From an uncultured Planctomycetota bacterium (lineage in GTDB: Bacteria > Planctomycetota > PLA2 > JAEUHO01): 64,000 nucleotides of DNA. Positions 15,439 through 24,461 of the stretch are shown here, piece after piece (position 1 is the first letter of the stretch; each line of letters begins with the position of its first letter). The stretch is taken from assembly GCA_963752285.1 (NCBI GenBank), contig CAVVXN010000002.1, positions 480,001-544,000 on the forward strand, in the 5' to 3' direction. A program made the translations under genes and the position numbers. The notes under the pieces were generated by a model that was given only the letters and a program-made list of their open reading frames with translations, did not search any database and was not told the DNA's origin.

Positions 15439-16584
15439 TCAGCGCGAGCGCGTCGAGACCGGCGAGAAGCCTCCGCCCTGGTGTCCGGGGCCGAGGTCGA
15501 TGCCGAAGATCACGTACATCTCGAGGTCGGGGGCGTCGCCCGTCAGCCCGAAGAGCGGGACGACGTCGAGGTGCGTGTTCCGCCAGGGCCGCCACTGGAG
15601 GCTCGGCCCGAGCAGCACCTCCTGTGCCGGGTCGCTGCGCGCGCCCTCGACGGTCGCGCGCTCGTACTGGAGCTCGACACCGAGCGAGAGCTTCTGGTCG
15701 AGGATCGCGCGGCCCGCGGCCACGCTCACGCCCATCTCCTCCGCGAGCTCCCCGCTCGTCTCGCGCTCGAAGAAGAGGTTCGCGCCGAGGTGCCAGTAGC
15801 AGCCCACGTCTTGTGCGAGGAGGAGCTTCGCCTCCCAGGCGTCGGGTGCGTCGTGCGTGTTGAACTTCCACTCGCCGTAGAGGGTGGGGTTGAGGGGGAG
15901 GCGCCCCCACGCGGCCAGCGCCCACCGGACCTCGACCTGCGTTCCCTCGTAGATCGTCGGCCCACCGGGACCGTGCGCGACGTTGCCGTAGAGGTCGAGC
16001 TGCAACCGATAGGGGAGACCGATGCCGACCTCCTCCTGGAACAGGTGGTCGGGCTTCTCGCCCTTGCTCATCTTCCCCTTCCACCACGTCTCGAGCTCGA
16101 CCTGCCCCGGCGCGAGGACGTAGGACCGCGTCGTCGCGAAGCGCCGCTGGGTCGTCCACTCGGGCTGCAGGTTCGGGCCGACGCGATCGGCCTCGGAGAA
16201 CGCCGTCCTCCGGGAGCGGTACACGCCGCCCGGACCCGGCACGCCGGCGTAGCCCGTGCCGTTCGGGGGACGCACCACCACCTCGGGCAGGCGGCGCACG
16301 TCCGCGCCACCGGCGGGCCCGGCCGGCGGCGTCCCGCCCGCGGGGTCGTCCACGAGGACGAACCGGGTCGCGGCGGCGACGGCCGAGCGGGCGAGACGGG
16401 GCGGGCCGCCGGCGTCGGGGGCCGGGGCCGCGGCCCCCCACGGCGGTGCCCCGGGCTGCGACGCCGCGGGCTGCGGCGCGGGGGCCGCGGCACGCTCCCC
16501 GGCGTGCAGGACCGGCGAGGAGAGCGCGAGCGTCAGGACGACGGCGGCGACGGGGACGGTGAGGCGGATCGTACGGGTTCGCAT
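15439..16584 (-). CDS. Secreted/outer-membrane beta-barrel-like hypothetical protein
   Basis: Signal peptide (…SSPVLHA), Pro/Ala linker, then amphipathic beta-strands with aromatic residues (GQVELETWW, NPTLYGEWKF, LSLGVELQY, EMYVIFGIDL). Confidence 0.65.
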   Translation of the reverse strand: MRTRTIRLTVPVAAVVLTLALSSPVLHAGERAAAPAPQPAASQPGAPPWGAAAPAPDAGGPPRLARSAVAAATRFVLVDDPAGGTPPAGPAGGADVRRLPEVVVRPPNGTGYAGVPGPGGVYRSRRTAFSEADRVGPNLQPEWTTQRRFATTRSYVLAPGQVELETWWKGKMSKGEKPDHLFQEEVGIGLPYRLQLDLYGNVAHGPGGPTIYEGTQVEVRWALAAWGRLPLNPTLYGEWKFNTHDAPDAWEAKLLLAQDVGCYWHLGANLFFERETSGELAEEMGVSVAAGRAILDQKLSLGVELQYERATVEGARSDPAQEVLLGPSLQWRPWRNTHLDVVPLFGLTGDAPDLEMYVIFGIDLGPGHQGGGFSPVSTRSR

Positions 16585-16860
16585 GACGAGGCGTCCTCCC
16601 GGGAGGGCCCGATCGGGGGTGGGAAGTCCGCCCACCCGGCACGCCGACCTGCCTCCCCGGCGGGGGAACGGACGGACCCCCGCTCGGGTTCGGGCCGACG
16701 CCGAGACCGGAAGGGTTCCCGAGGCCGCGACCTTCCCCGGACCCCGCCGGCTCGTCCGGAGGGAGAATGCACGGCCCACGGCGGGAGGGGCCTCACCCCC
16801 CAGGGACCCGTGGCGAGGAGTTGTTCACCATGCACCGGTTCCGTATGCACCCTGTTCCGT

Positions 16861-17442
16861 ATGCGCCTTGTCCGTCTGGCCTCGATCGCCTCCGTGTTGC
16901 CGTTCCTGGTCGTGTGCCTCGGCGCCGCGCGCGCCGAGGACGAGATGATCGACAACCCCGAGTACACGCAGTGGTCCCAGTTCAAGGTCGGCGCCTTCGC
17001 GACCATGAAGACGGAGACGTCGATGGGCGAGCAGTCCACGACCATGACCACCAAGACGAAGCTGGTGGAGTTGGCGGACGACCACGCCGTCCTCGAAACG
17101 ACCACGACCATGACGATGATGGGTCAGGAGATCAAGCAGCCGGCCCAGAAGCGCCAGGTCCCGGCCAAGATCGCGAAGATGGACCCGCCCGAGGTCGAGG
17201 GCCAGGACGACATGCCCAAGCCGACCATGAAGGAGGGGACCGAGACGGTCACCGTGAAGGGCAAGTCGATCGCCTGCAAGACCGTCGAGTCCACGTTCGA
17301 GTACTCGGGCATGAAGACCTGGTCGAAGTCCTGGAGCAGCGACAAGGTGCCCGGCAGCATCGTGAAGATGGAGTCCAAGAGCGAGAGCTCGATGGGCGCC
17401 ACCACCGTGAAGTCCACGCTCGAGGACTTCGCCACGGAGTAG
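16861..17442 (+). CDS. Secreted Lys/Thr/Met-rich hypothetical protein
   Basis: Signal peptide ending ARA; strong GC3 codon bias; all-beta-like ETVTVKGKSIACK...WSSDKVPGSIVKME. Confidence 0.8.
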   Translation: MRLVRLASIASVLPFLVVCLGAARAEDEMIDNPEYTQWSQFKVGAFATMKTETSMGEQSTTMTTKTKLVELADDHAVLETTTTMTMMGQEIKQPAQKRQVPAKIAKMDPPEVEGQDDMPKPTMKEGTETVTVKGKSIACKTVESTFEYSGMKTWSKSWSSDKVPGSIVKMESKSESSMGATTVKSTLEDFATE

Positions 17443-17464
17443 CGGCGCAGGGCCGCGCCCGCCG

Positions 17465-17689
17465 CTACGGTCGTCGAGGCGGAACGAGGTCCACCGCGGT
17501 CGAAGCGGCCGCGGTGCCGACCGCCCGGTACGCGGCGCCCAGCCGTGCCGCGAGCGAGGGCGCCGAGACGCGGAACGTCCGCTCGGGGTCCATCAACCAC
17601 GTCACGCCGTTCTCGTCCACGAACGACAGGCACTCCTGGGCGAGCGAGGCGAGCCTCTGGAGCGTGAGGGGCGAGGTCTCCACGCTCAC
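17465..17689 (-). CDS. Small hypothetical protein (74 aa)
   Basis: GTG overlaps the stop of the upstream small gene (GTGA) with a G-rich RBS; protein-like sequence VSVETSPLTLQRLASLAQECLSFVDENGVTWLMDP. Confidence 0.5.
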   Translation of the reverse strand: MSVETSPLTLQRLASLAQECLSFVDENGVTWLMDPERTFRVSAPSLAARLGAAYRAVGTAAASTAVDLVPPRRP

Positions 17690-17895
17690 CTCCCCCCCTC
17701 GTCGGGGTGCTCCGCCAGGCGCCAGTGCGTCGCGCGGTCGCAGCGCGGGCACGTGGGCAGGCGGTCCCCGGGAAGGAAGGCCTCCAGCTCCTTCGGGTGG
17801 CACCCGGCGCGGTAGATGCCGGCGCGGGCGCATCGGGAGCCGGTGGCTGTGGACGGCGGGGTGTCCGTCGCGGGCAGCGCGCGGTCCTGGGACAT
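17686..17895 (-). CDS. Small YjzC-like/zinc-ribbon protein
   Basis: TGSRCARAGIYRAGCH...GDRLPTCPRC..THW pattern; GAGGAGGGGG RBS. Confidence 0.6.
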   Translation of the reverse strand: MSQDRALPATDTPPSTATGSRCARAGIYRAGCHPKELEAFLPGDRLPTCPRCDRATHWRLAEHPDEGGR

Positions 17896-18003
17896 GGAGC
17901 CCCCTCCTCGCCCTTCGGGGCCCTCCACGCCGTGCACATATCGGCAACCCGTCCGGGCCATCTGAAGGGCCCGTTGGGACGCCCCGACCGACGGGGCCCG
18001 CGC

Positions 18004-19431
18004 TCAGCGCCGGAAGTCCTCCTTGCGGAGGCCGTGGTGGCGCATCTTGTCGTAGAGGGAGCGGGCCGAGATCCCAGCCTTGGCCGCGGTCGCGCCCACC
18101 CGGCCGTGCGTGGAGCGGAGCTGGGCCGTCAGGTAGGCGCGCTCGAACCGCTCGATCAGCTCGCGCCGCGCGTCGGCGAGAGGCCGGTCCTGCATCGCCG
18201 TGTCGAGAAAGGTCCGCGTGATCACGTCGGGACCCTCGGGCCCTTCCGGCGATCCCCCCCCGAGAGATGGCGGCAGGTCCGCGACGGTGATCTCGTCGCC
18301 GCGGGCGACGAGCATCGCGCGCTCGATCGTGTTGATGACCTCGCGCACGTTGCCCGGCCACGCGTGACCGAGCATGGCGTCGAGCGCGGCCGGGTGGATG
18401 CCGCCGACGTCCTGCCGCCCCATGCGCTCCCGGTAGAGACGCAGGAGGCTCCCCAGCAGCACGGGGAGGTCCTCGCGCCGGTCCCGGAGCGGCGGGATGG
18501 TCAGCGGCACGACGTTCAGGCGGTAGAAGAGGTCGCGGCGGAAGCGACCGCTCTCGACGTCCGCCGAGAGGTCCCGGTTCGTCGCGGCGACGACGCGCAC
18601 GTCCACCGGACGCGGCGTCTCGGCGCCGAGCGGGCGGATCTCGTGCCGTTGCAGGACGGTCAGCAGCTTCACCTGCAACGAGCTGGGCATCTCGCCGACC
18701 TCGTCGAGGAAGATCGTCCCGCCGCTTGCGACCTCGAACAGCCCGCGCCGCGCCGCCGCGGCGCCCGTGAACGCCCCGCGCTCGTGGCCGAAGAGCTCGC
18801 TCTCGAGCAGGGTCTCGGGCAGCGCGCCGCAGTTGACCGTCACGAAACGGTGCTCGCGTCGCGCCCCCTCGGCGTGGATCGCGCGCGCGAGGTGCTCCTT
18901 CCCGACGCCCGTCTCGCCCTGGATGAGCAGCGTGGTGTCCACGTCGAGCAGACGACGGACGAACTCTACGAACGTTCGCATCCGGCGGTTGTGCGAGGCA
19001 AAGTCGGCGAGGCTCGGCGTCGGGCCCTCGGGCCCCACGTCCGGTGCGGGCGGGCGCTGCGCGCCCTCCTCGAGCGCGAGCAGCGTGTCGCGAAGCTCCG
19101 CGTCGCCCGTGCCGGTCGAGAGGACGTCGGTCGCCCCCGCGGCGATCCACCGCGTCTGGTCGGCGCTGGACGGGTCGTCGGCGAGCACGAGCACACGCGG
19201 GGCCCGCTCGACCAGCGCGTGGTCCAGGCGCCCGAACCCGTCGCCCACGCCCGCCTGCACGACCAGGAGGTCCACGTCGCCGAGCGAGCCGGACGGCGCG
19301 AGACCGCGCGCCGGGTCGAGAACCTCCACGCGTCGGAACGTCCGACCGAGGATCTGCAGGAGGCGATGGCGGAGCGGACCGTCCGGAACGGCCACGGCCA
19401 CCGCGCCCTTGGCGGTTACGTGGAGTGCCAT
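18004..19431 (-). CDS. Sigma54-dependent enhancer-binding protein (NtrC/Fis family) with degenerate receiver-like N-terminus
   Basis: GETGVGKE, ESELFGHERGAFTGA, FLDEVGEM, RDLFYRLNV, WPGNVREV, C-terminal Fis HTH. Confidence 0.95.
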   Translation of the reverse strand: MALHVTAKGAVAVAVPDGPLRHRLLQILGRTFRRVEVLDPARGLAPSGSLGDVDLLVVQAGVGDGFGRLDHALVERAPRVLVLADDPSSADQTRWIAAGATDVLSTGTGDAELRDTLLALEEGAQRPPAPDVGPEGPTPSLADFASHNRRMRTFVEFVRRLLDVDTTLLIQGETGVGKEHLARAIHAEGARREHRFVTVNCGALPETLLESELFGHERGAFTGAAAARRGLFEVASGGTIFLDEVGEMPSSLQVKLLTVLQRHEIRPLGAETPRPVDVRVVAATNRDLSADVESGRFRRDLFYRLNVVPLTIPPLRDRREDLPVLLGSLLRLYRERMGRQDVGGIHPAALDAMLGHAWPGNVREVINTIERAMLVARGDEITVADLPPSLGGGSPEGPEGPDVITRTFLDTAMQDRPLADARRELIERFERAYLTAQLRSTHGRVGATAAKAGISARSLYDKMRHHGLRKEDFRR

Positions 19432-19482
19432 GCGCTTCCTTTCCCGACGTGTCGGGCGAGGCCGTCAGCACGACGAGCGAGG

Positions 19483-19827
19483 CTAGCACCGTCCGGGGGG
19501 CGACTCGCGAGGGCTTACGTCGTGGTCCACGTCCTTCACCGCGCTCTCCACGAGCTCGGCCGTGTTCGTGAGAGCGAGCCAGGCGCGGTCCACGGCGTCG
19601 CGCGCCTCCGCGACGCGCTCGACGGGCGCGCGACGCAGACCTTCGGCCTTCACGCGAAGCGTTGCGAGCTGATGCGAGAGCGCCTCCACGTGCTCCGAGA
19701 GCCCCTGCGTCCGTGCGGCGAGGTCACGGCGTGCGCGCGTGAGCAGACCATCGACTCGCGCCTCCGCCGCGCGGAGGCGCTGGTCCGCGTCACGAAGCGC
19801 TTCGAAACGGTCGGGCGTCGCCTTCAC
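19483..19827 (-). CDS. Small coiled-coil hypothetical protein
   Basis: GGAGG RBS, helical heptad-like composition, co-oriented with neighbours. Confidence 0.55.
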   Translation of the reverse strand: MKATPDRFEALRDADQRLRAAEARVDGLLTRARRDLAARTQGLSEHVEALSHQLATLRVKAEGLRRAPVERVAEARDAVDRAWLALTNTAELVESAVKDVDHDVSPRESPPGRC

Positions 19828-20002
19828 CGGGACCTCCGGGCCGAACGCCGGTTCGTACGCAAGCCCCGGGCCGGGGACGCCCCACGCCGCCCCGGCCTCG
19901 ATCGGCGGCTTCGCCGGCCGGTGCCCACGCTCGCCTTCGGCGACGACGCCTCCGATGGGCGAGGCGCGGAGCTGCCGATCCCGGGTGGGCAGGGACCTCC
20001 GT

Positions 20003-20644
20003 TCAGTCCCGGGACCGCTGTCCGTCGAGGTGCTGCGTGTCGTTCCAGTGGACGAGCTGCGGCCGGCCTCGCCGGAAGTCGATCATCGAGAGCCCGCAAT
20101 TCGCCCGCATCGACAGCCGGTCCAGGTGTTCCGGCGCCAGCCGGATCAGGTGCGCGATCAGGGTCTTCGCCGCCCCCCCGTGCGTCACGACCAGCACCTG
20201 CTCTCCCGCGTGATCCGCCCGCAGCCGGTCGAACCCCGCCCGGAGTCGCGCCTCGAACTCGGGATACGGCTCGGCCCCATCGACGAGCGGACCCGACGCC
20301 CGCGCCGCCGCCGAAACGAGCTCGCCGTACTGGCGCTCGCAGGTGGCCTGGTCCGTGCCCTCGATCACACCCAATCCGATCTCGCGCCACGCGGGCGACA
20401 CGACGGGCGACAACCCGATCACGGACGCGACCGCCTCGGCCGTGGATGTGGCACGCACGAGGTCGCTCGCATGAATCGTGTCGATCGGGACCGTCGAGAG
20501 CCGCCGCGCGAGGCGCGCCGCCTGGGCGCGCCCCCGCTCGTTCAGAGGGACGTCCGCCTGCCCCTGGACCCGCCCGAGCGCGTTCCACTCCGTCTCGCCG
20601 TGACGGGCGATCCAGAGACACGCGAGCTCGGTCGTCGAAGCCAT
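20003..20644 (-). CDS. Histidine phosphatase (phosphoglycerate mutase family)
   Basis: RHGETEWN, SDLVRA, WREIGLG, VVTHGG, NCGLS, WNDTQHL. Confidence 0.95.
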   Translation of the reverse strand: MASTTELACLWIARHGETEWNALGRVQGQADVPLNERGRAQAARLARRLSTVPIDTIHASDLVRATSTAEAVASVIGLSPVVSPAWREIGLGVIEGTDQATCERQYGELVSAAARASGPLVDGAEPYPEFEARLRAGFDRLRADHAGEQVLVVTHGGAAKTLIAHLIRLAPEHLDRLSMRANCGLSMIDFRRGRPQLVHWNDTQHLDGQRSRD

Positions 20645-20721
20645 CGGACCATCCTGCCCGACCGCGCGGGGTCGGAGCCGAGGCCCCGGGCAGGGTCACG
20701 GCGGCGCGCGCGGCCGCCGCG

Positions 20722-21972
20722 TCATGGCGGCGCGCGCGGCCGCCCGGCCTGCCCGTGGCGCTCCCGCCCTGCGGCGGGCGTACCACGCTCCCGCCCTGCA
20801 GCGGGCTCGCCACGCGCCCGCCCTGCGGCGGGCTCTCGGCGCTCCCGCCCTGCGGCGGGTTCGCGCCGCCGCCGCCGCGGCGTCTTCCCGACCGCGCGGA
20901 GCAGCCACGCCGGCCGCTCGGGCGGCTCGCGATCCTCGGGGAGGGGCTTGGGCGCGAGGAACGCGCCCGTCGCCGCGATCACGAACAGAGGTCGCCCGTC
21001 CGTGGACCAGCACCGAAGCGCGATCATCCCCAGGTCGTAGTTCTTGTGGTGGACCACGCAGCCGTCGAAGAGGTCCTTCGCCTCCCGACCGCTCCCGTCC
21101 GCGTGCGGCCTCACGTGGCACAGCTCCGCCGCTACGCGCGTGCAGAGCCCGACCTCGCACAGGCCTCCCGAACGCCGACGGATCGCCCGGACCACCTCCG
21201 CCGGGACCTCCCGGTCCCCGGGGCGCTCTTCGGTCGGCGGAAGACGCCGCGGCCTGGGCTCCTTCCGCGTCGGGTCCCACCGTGCCCGGTACGCGTACGC
21301 GAGCACCGCCAGGAGCTGGCCGTTGTCGATCGCGCACTCGGCCTTCTTCTTCGCGATCCTGCGGCACGCCCGCAGGTCGTCCGCGGCGTCGGGTCCCACG
21401 TGCGCGACGAAGGTCGTGACGTCGGACTCCGGCGCGACGTGACGTCGCGCGGCCAGGCGGCGTCCCACGCGACGGCGGAGCGCGCCGACGCGCAAGGACC
21501 TGGCGAGGTCGAGCCAGTCGTCGCCCGCCTCGAGGTAGCGCTCCGGGTCTACGAAGACGTCGCCGAGCAGGATGGCCGCCGCGAAGGAGATCCCGCCCGC
21601 GCGGACCTCCTCCTCCAGGCCGGGCAGGCGCTCCAGGGCGTAGCCGAGCATCAGGAGCTGACGCCCCCGCGCGCCGTCGAACCCGTAGCGCTCGGAGAGC
21701 TCCCAGGTCGAGGCGGCGCTCTCCCACACGCAGGAGCCCTGCTCGTGGAGGCGGACCATCAGCTTCGCGTAGGCGATCTCGGCGTCGCCGAGCGCGCGGC
21801 TCCGGGCCCGCAGGAGCGCGATCCCCTCGGGGTCCTTCTCTCCGCGGAGGGTGCGCCGGTCGATGCGCCGCTCGGAGATCCCGCCCTCGGAGACTCCGCG
21901 CTCGGAGGGGCGGCCCTCGGAGGGGCGGCGCTCGGGGTCGCTTCGTTCGTGGAGTTCGCGTTCCGACAGCAC
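20722..21972 (-). CDS. HNH-endonuclease-like protein with helical (DUF222-like) N-terminal region
   Basis: VPAEVVRAIRRRSGGLCEVGLC...ELCHVRPHADG...DLFDGCVVHH is a Zn-HNH pattern; start uncertain. Confidence 0.7.
   Translation of the reverse strand: MLSERELHERSDPERRPSEGRPSERGVSEGGISERRIDRRTLRGEKDPEGIALLRARSRALGDAEIAYAKLMVRLHEQGSCVWESAASTWELSERYGFDGARGRQLLMLGYALERLPGLEEEVRAGGISFAAAILLGDVFVDPERYLEAGDDWLDLARSLRVGALRRRVGRRLAARRHVAPESDVTTFVAHVGPDAADDLRACRRIAKKKAECAIDNGQLLAVLAYAYRARWDPTRKEPRPRRLPPTEERPGDREVPAEVVRAIRRRSGGLCEVGLCTRVAAELCHVRPHADGSGREAKDLFDGCVVHHKNYDLGMIALRCWSTDGRPLFVIAATGAFLAPKPLPEDREPPERPAWLLRAVGKTPRRRRREPAAGRERREPAAGRARGEPAAGRERGTPAAGRERHGQAGRPRAPP
20758..20865. repeat. 4 x 27-bp tandem repeat, each with a palindromic core CCCGCC-CTGC-GGCGGG
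   Basis: Units gcgctcccgccctgcggcgggcgtacc / acgctcccgccctgcagcgggctcgcc / acgcgcccgccctgcggcgggctctcg / gcgctcccgccctgcggcgggttcgcg; encodes (E/T)PAAGR(E/A)R in the HNH C-terminus. Confidence 0.9.
21871..21945. repeat. 5 x 15-bp imperfect tandem repeat (ctcgga...)
   Basis: ctcggagatcccgcc / ctcggagactccgcg / ctcggaggggcggcc / ctcggaggggcggcg / ctcggggtcgcttcg; encodes SE(R/G)xx pentapeptides in the HNH N-terminus. Confidence 0.8.
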
Positions 21973-22020
21973 GAACGAAACGGTAACGCATGGGGGGGAC
22001 AGTCCCGGAGAGCCCGGAAA

Positions 22021-23220
22021 TCAGGCGTCCGACGCCCCGGAGGCCGCCTCCGCGGAGGGCCGCCCGCGGTTTCGGGCGGGCTCTCGGGCGACGGTCCGGC
22101 CGGGTCGCGCGGCCCGGGCGAGGGCCACCTGGACGGCGAGGAGCGCCAGGAGGGACGCGGCGGCCGCGATCCACCTGCCGTACGCGGTGCCGATGCCGAG
22201 GGTCTCTGTGACGGTGCCGGCGGCGGGACGCCCGATGGCGTCCGCCAGGAGCGGCGCGACCGTCAGCGCGCTCGCCGTCGCGAGGAAGAGGCGGGCCGCG
22301 CGGAGCGCCCCCGCCGCGGCCGCGCCCGAGATCGGAGCCATCCAGCGCGGCACGGTGGACCACGCGCACACGAGGCCGAGCGCGAGGGCCACCACGACGG
22401 CGCGCCCGTCGCCGAGATAGCCCTGGACCGTGCCGTCTTCCGGTCGCAGTCGGAGGAGGGCCTGCAGGCTCGACCCCGAACCCGAGGACCCGGGAGCCGA
22501 GCCGACACCGAGCTTCCACCACGGGAGATACGTGGCCGCGAGTGCGAGCGTGGAGAGCACGACTCCGACGCGGGCCCACGCCCGGTGTCCGAGTGGCACG
22601 GTCCTAAAAGCGTCGTCGGGGCGGTCGCCCGGCTCCTCGCTCGCTACGTCCGTCGCGTCGGTTGCGAGCCTCGTCCCGAGGGTCGCACGAAGCACGAGCA
22701 CCGCCGCGAACGAGGCTCCGAGCGACGCGCCCACGAAGGCCCAGAGCCCGTACGCGGGCCCGTAGCCCCGGCGCTCGAACCCCATCTGGAGCGCCTGCGT
22801 CCCGGCGAGGAGCGCCCCGGTGAAGAACGACATGGAGGCGAGCGCAGGGGGGCTGGCGCTCCACGCTCCGAGGCCAGAGCTCCTCTTGCGAGACGCGAGG
22901 AGGCCGAGTCCGAGCACGGCGAACCCGAGCGGCAGGAGCCCACCGGCATAGACGCCGGACGTGCCCGACCCGCAGCCCGCCAGCAGCGCGGAAACGACGT
23001 GCGCGCGGGCGGACGCGTCCCCGATCTGGGGCCGAAGCCACGGGAGCAAGCAGGCCACGAGCGCGGCCAGCGCGAGCACGACCCCGAGGAGACGCCAGCC
23101 GCCATCCGAGGAGCCAGGTCGAGGCGAAGACCGAGCGCGACCCACGGGCCCCCCCTCCACGAACGCCGTGAGGATACCGGGATCGACTCGCGCGAGTGCA
23201 GTCCCTAGATGGGATGACAC
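22021..23220 (-). CDS. Multi-pass membrane hypothetical protein
   Basis: About 8 hydrophobic segments in two halves (LLPWL..., YLPWW...; YGPAYGLW, GTAYGRW); GGAGG RBS. Confidence 0.6.
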   Translation of the reverse strand: MSSHLGTALARVDPGILTAFVEGGPVGRARSSPRPGSSDGGWRLLGVVLALAALVACLLPWLRPQIGDASARAHVVSALLAGCGSGTSGVYAGGLLPLGFAVLGLGLLASRKRSSGLGAWSASPPALASMSFFTGALLAGTQALQMGFERRGYGPAYGLWAFVGASLGASFAAVLVLRATLGTRLATDATDVASEEPGDRPDDAFRTVPLGHRAWARVGVVLSTLALAATYLPWWKLGVGSAPGSSGSGSSLQALLRLRPEDGTVQGYLGDGRAVVVALALGLVCAWSTVPRWMAPISGAAAAGALRAARLFLATASALTVAPLLADAIGRPAAGTVTETLGIGTAYGRWIAAAASLLALLAVQVALARAARPGRTVAREPARNRGRPSAEAASGASDA

Positions 23221-23569
23221 CTGAACCTCCGTAAATCACGCGGCCCTGCCCACGCCCGGACCCCGATGACTGCGTTGCTCGTCGTCGGCGACCCCCAAGT
23301 CGCAACCGTGGACGGGAGGTCGCCTCCTCCTCTCGACTCGTCCTTGGGGCCCAGGCGCACGCAGTCGATCCCGTGGGCGGAGGCGTGACCTTCTCGCGAT
23401 CCCAGCTCGGGCTCGCTTCGACACGCTCGTCGAACACGCCGCGCGCTCCACGGGTCGTCCCATCCCGCGGCACGAACCGTCCGCCCAAACGTCGCGCGTG
23501 CGCCCCGATTCGCCCGTGGCCCTCCGCGAGGCCTACCCTCCGACACGAGGCCGTGAGGAAGGAACCGCC

Positions 23570-23974
23570 GTGGGGACGGTCGAGACCCTCGTTCGCATCG
23601 TGGTGTCGGGCGTCCTCTCCGGGGCCGCCTACCTGGCTTTCCTCGGGTACCGCACCGACTACGTCGGCCACTTCCTCGCCGGGATGGGGGGGACGCTGTT
23701 CCTCCTGTCCTTCGCGCTCGGGCGCGAGGGTCGGACGCTCCGCTGGGAGCCGGTGGTCCTCGCACTCCTCGCGATCCTCCTCGGCGCCGGGACCGAGGCC
23801 ACGGTGTTTTGCATCGCGATCTTCGATCCCGTGGACTTCCTGAACCAGAGCCTCGGCGCCGGCATCGCCGCGGCGTGCGTCCTCGGCAGCCGCGCCTCCA
23901 CCCGCACCGCGACGGCTACGTTCCTCCTCTCGTTCGTGTTCCTCGTCGTGGGAGCGCTCTATGCGTTCGCCTAG
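23570..23974 (+). CDS. Small membrane protein
   Basis: AGGAAGGA RBS before GTG; 4-5 TMs; DYVGHFLAG and FDPVDFLNQSLG motifs (VanZ-like H...E...D pattern). Confidence 0.65.
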   Translation: MGTVETLVRIVVSGVLSGAAYLAFLGYRTDYVGHFLAGMGGTLFLLSFALGREGRTLRWEPVVLALLAILLGAGTEATVFCIAIFDPVDFLNQSLGAGIAAACVLGSRASTRTATATFLLSFVFLVVGALYAFA

Positions 23975-24374
23975 GCCCTGGCTCTTCCTGCTCGTCGTCG
24001 TGCTCGCCGCCGGCGACGCCTGGGTCGCGTTTCGTCGTTCGGGCATCCCGGTCGCCCTCGACGGCCGCGTGGAGCGGATCGACCTGCGCCGCGAGAAGCA
24101 CCCCGGTCTCGACGACGTGTACCTCGTCACGATCGGCCCGCGCGAGGTCCACCTCGACGACGCCGTCGCGAGGCAGCTCGCGGTGGGGGAGCACGCGCAC
24201 AAGGACGCGTGGTCCACCCGACTCGAGACCTCGCACGGTCCGATCGCGCTCGCACCCTCGAAGGACACGGGCGGCATGGCCCGCGCGATGCCGCTCCTCG
24301 TGATCCTCGCGCTCGGGCTCCTCCTCCCACGCCGAGGCACGTCCCCGGCCAAGACCCCTCGGCCCCTGACGTGA
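23961..24374 (+). CDS. Small membrane-anchored hypothetical protein
   Basis: Overlaps the previous stop; N- and C-terminal hydrophobic helices around a small beta domain. Confidence 0.6.
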   Translation: MRSPRPWLFLLVVVLAAGDAWVAFRRSGIPVALDGRVERIDLRREKHPGLDDVYLVTIGPREVHLDDAVARQLAVGEHAHKDAWSTRLETSHGPIALAPSKDTGGMARAMPLLVILALGLLLPRRGTSPAKTPRPLT

Positions 24375-24461
24375 AGGTGTCGCCTCGGCGCGCGCGTCTT
24401 TTGGCGCGATCTTCACCTCGTCTCGGCACGACGTTCCCCGGGGTCGGCGATTCCTGGGGGC

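Noticed and set aside
20758..20865. Possible mini-CRISPR array
   Set aside because: The 16-bp core and 11-bp mutually similar linkers are far too short, the period is a multiple of 3 inside a CDS, and no cas genes are present.
17707..23208. 1833-aa plus-strand ORF
   Set aside because: Overlaps several well-supported minus-strand genes; no recognisable domains.
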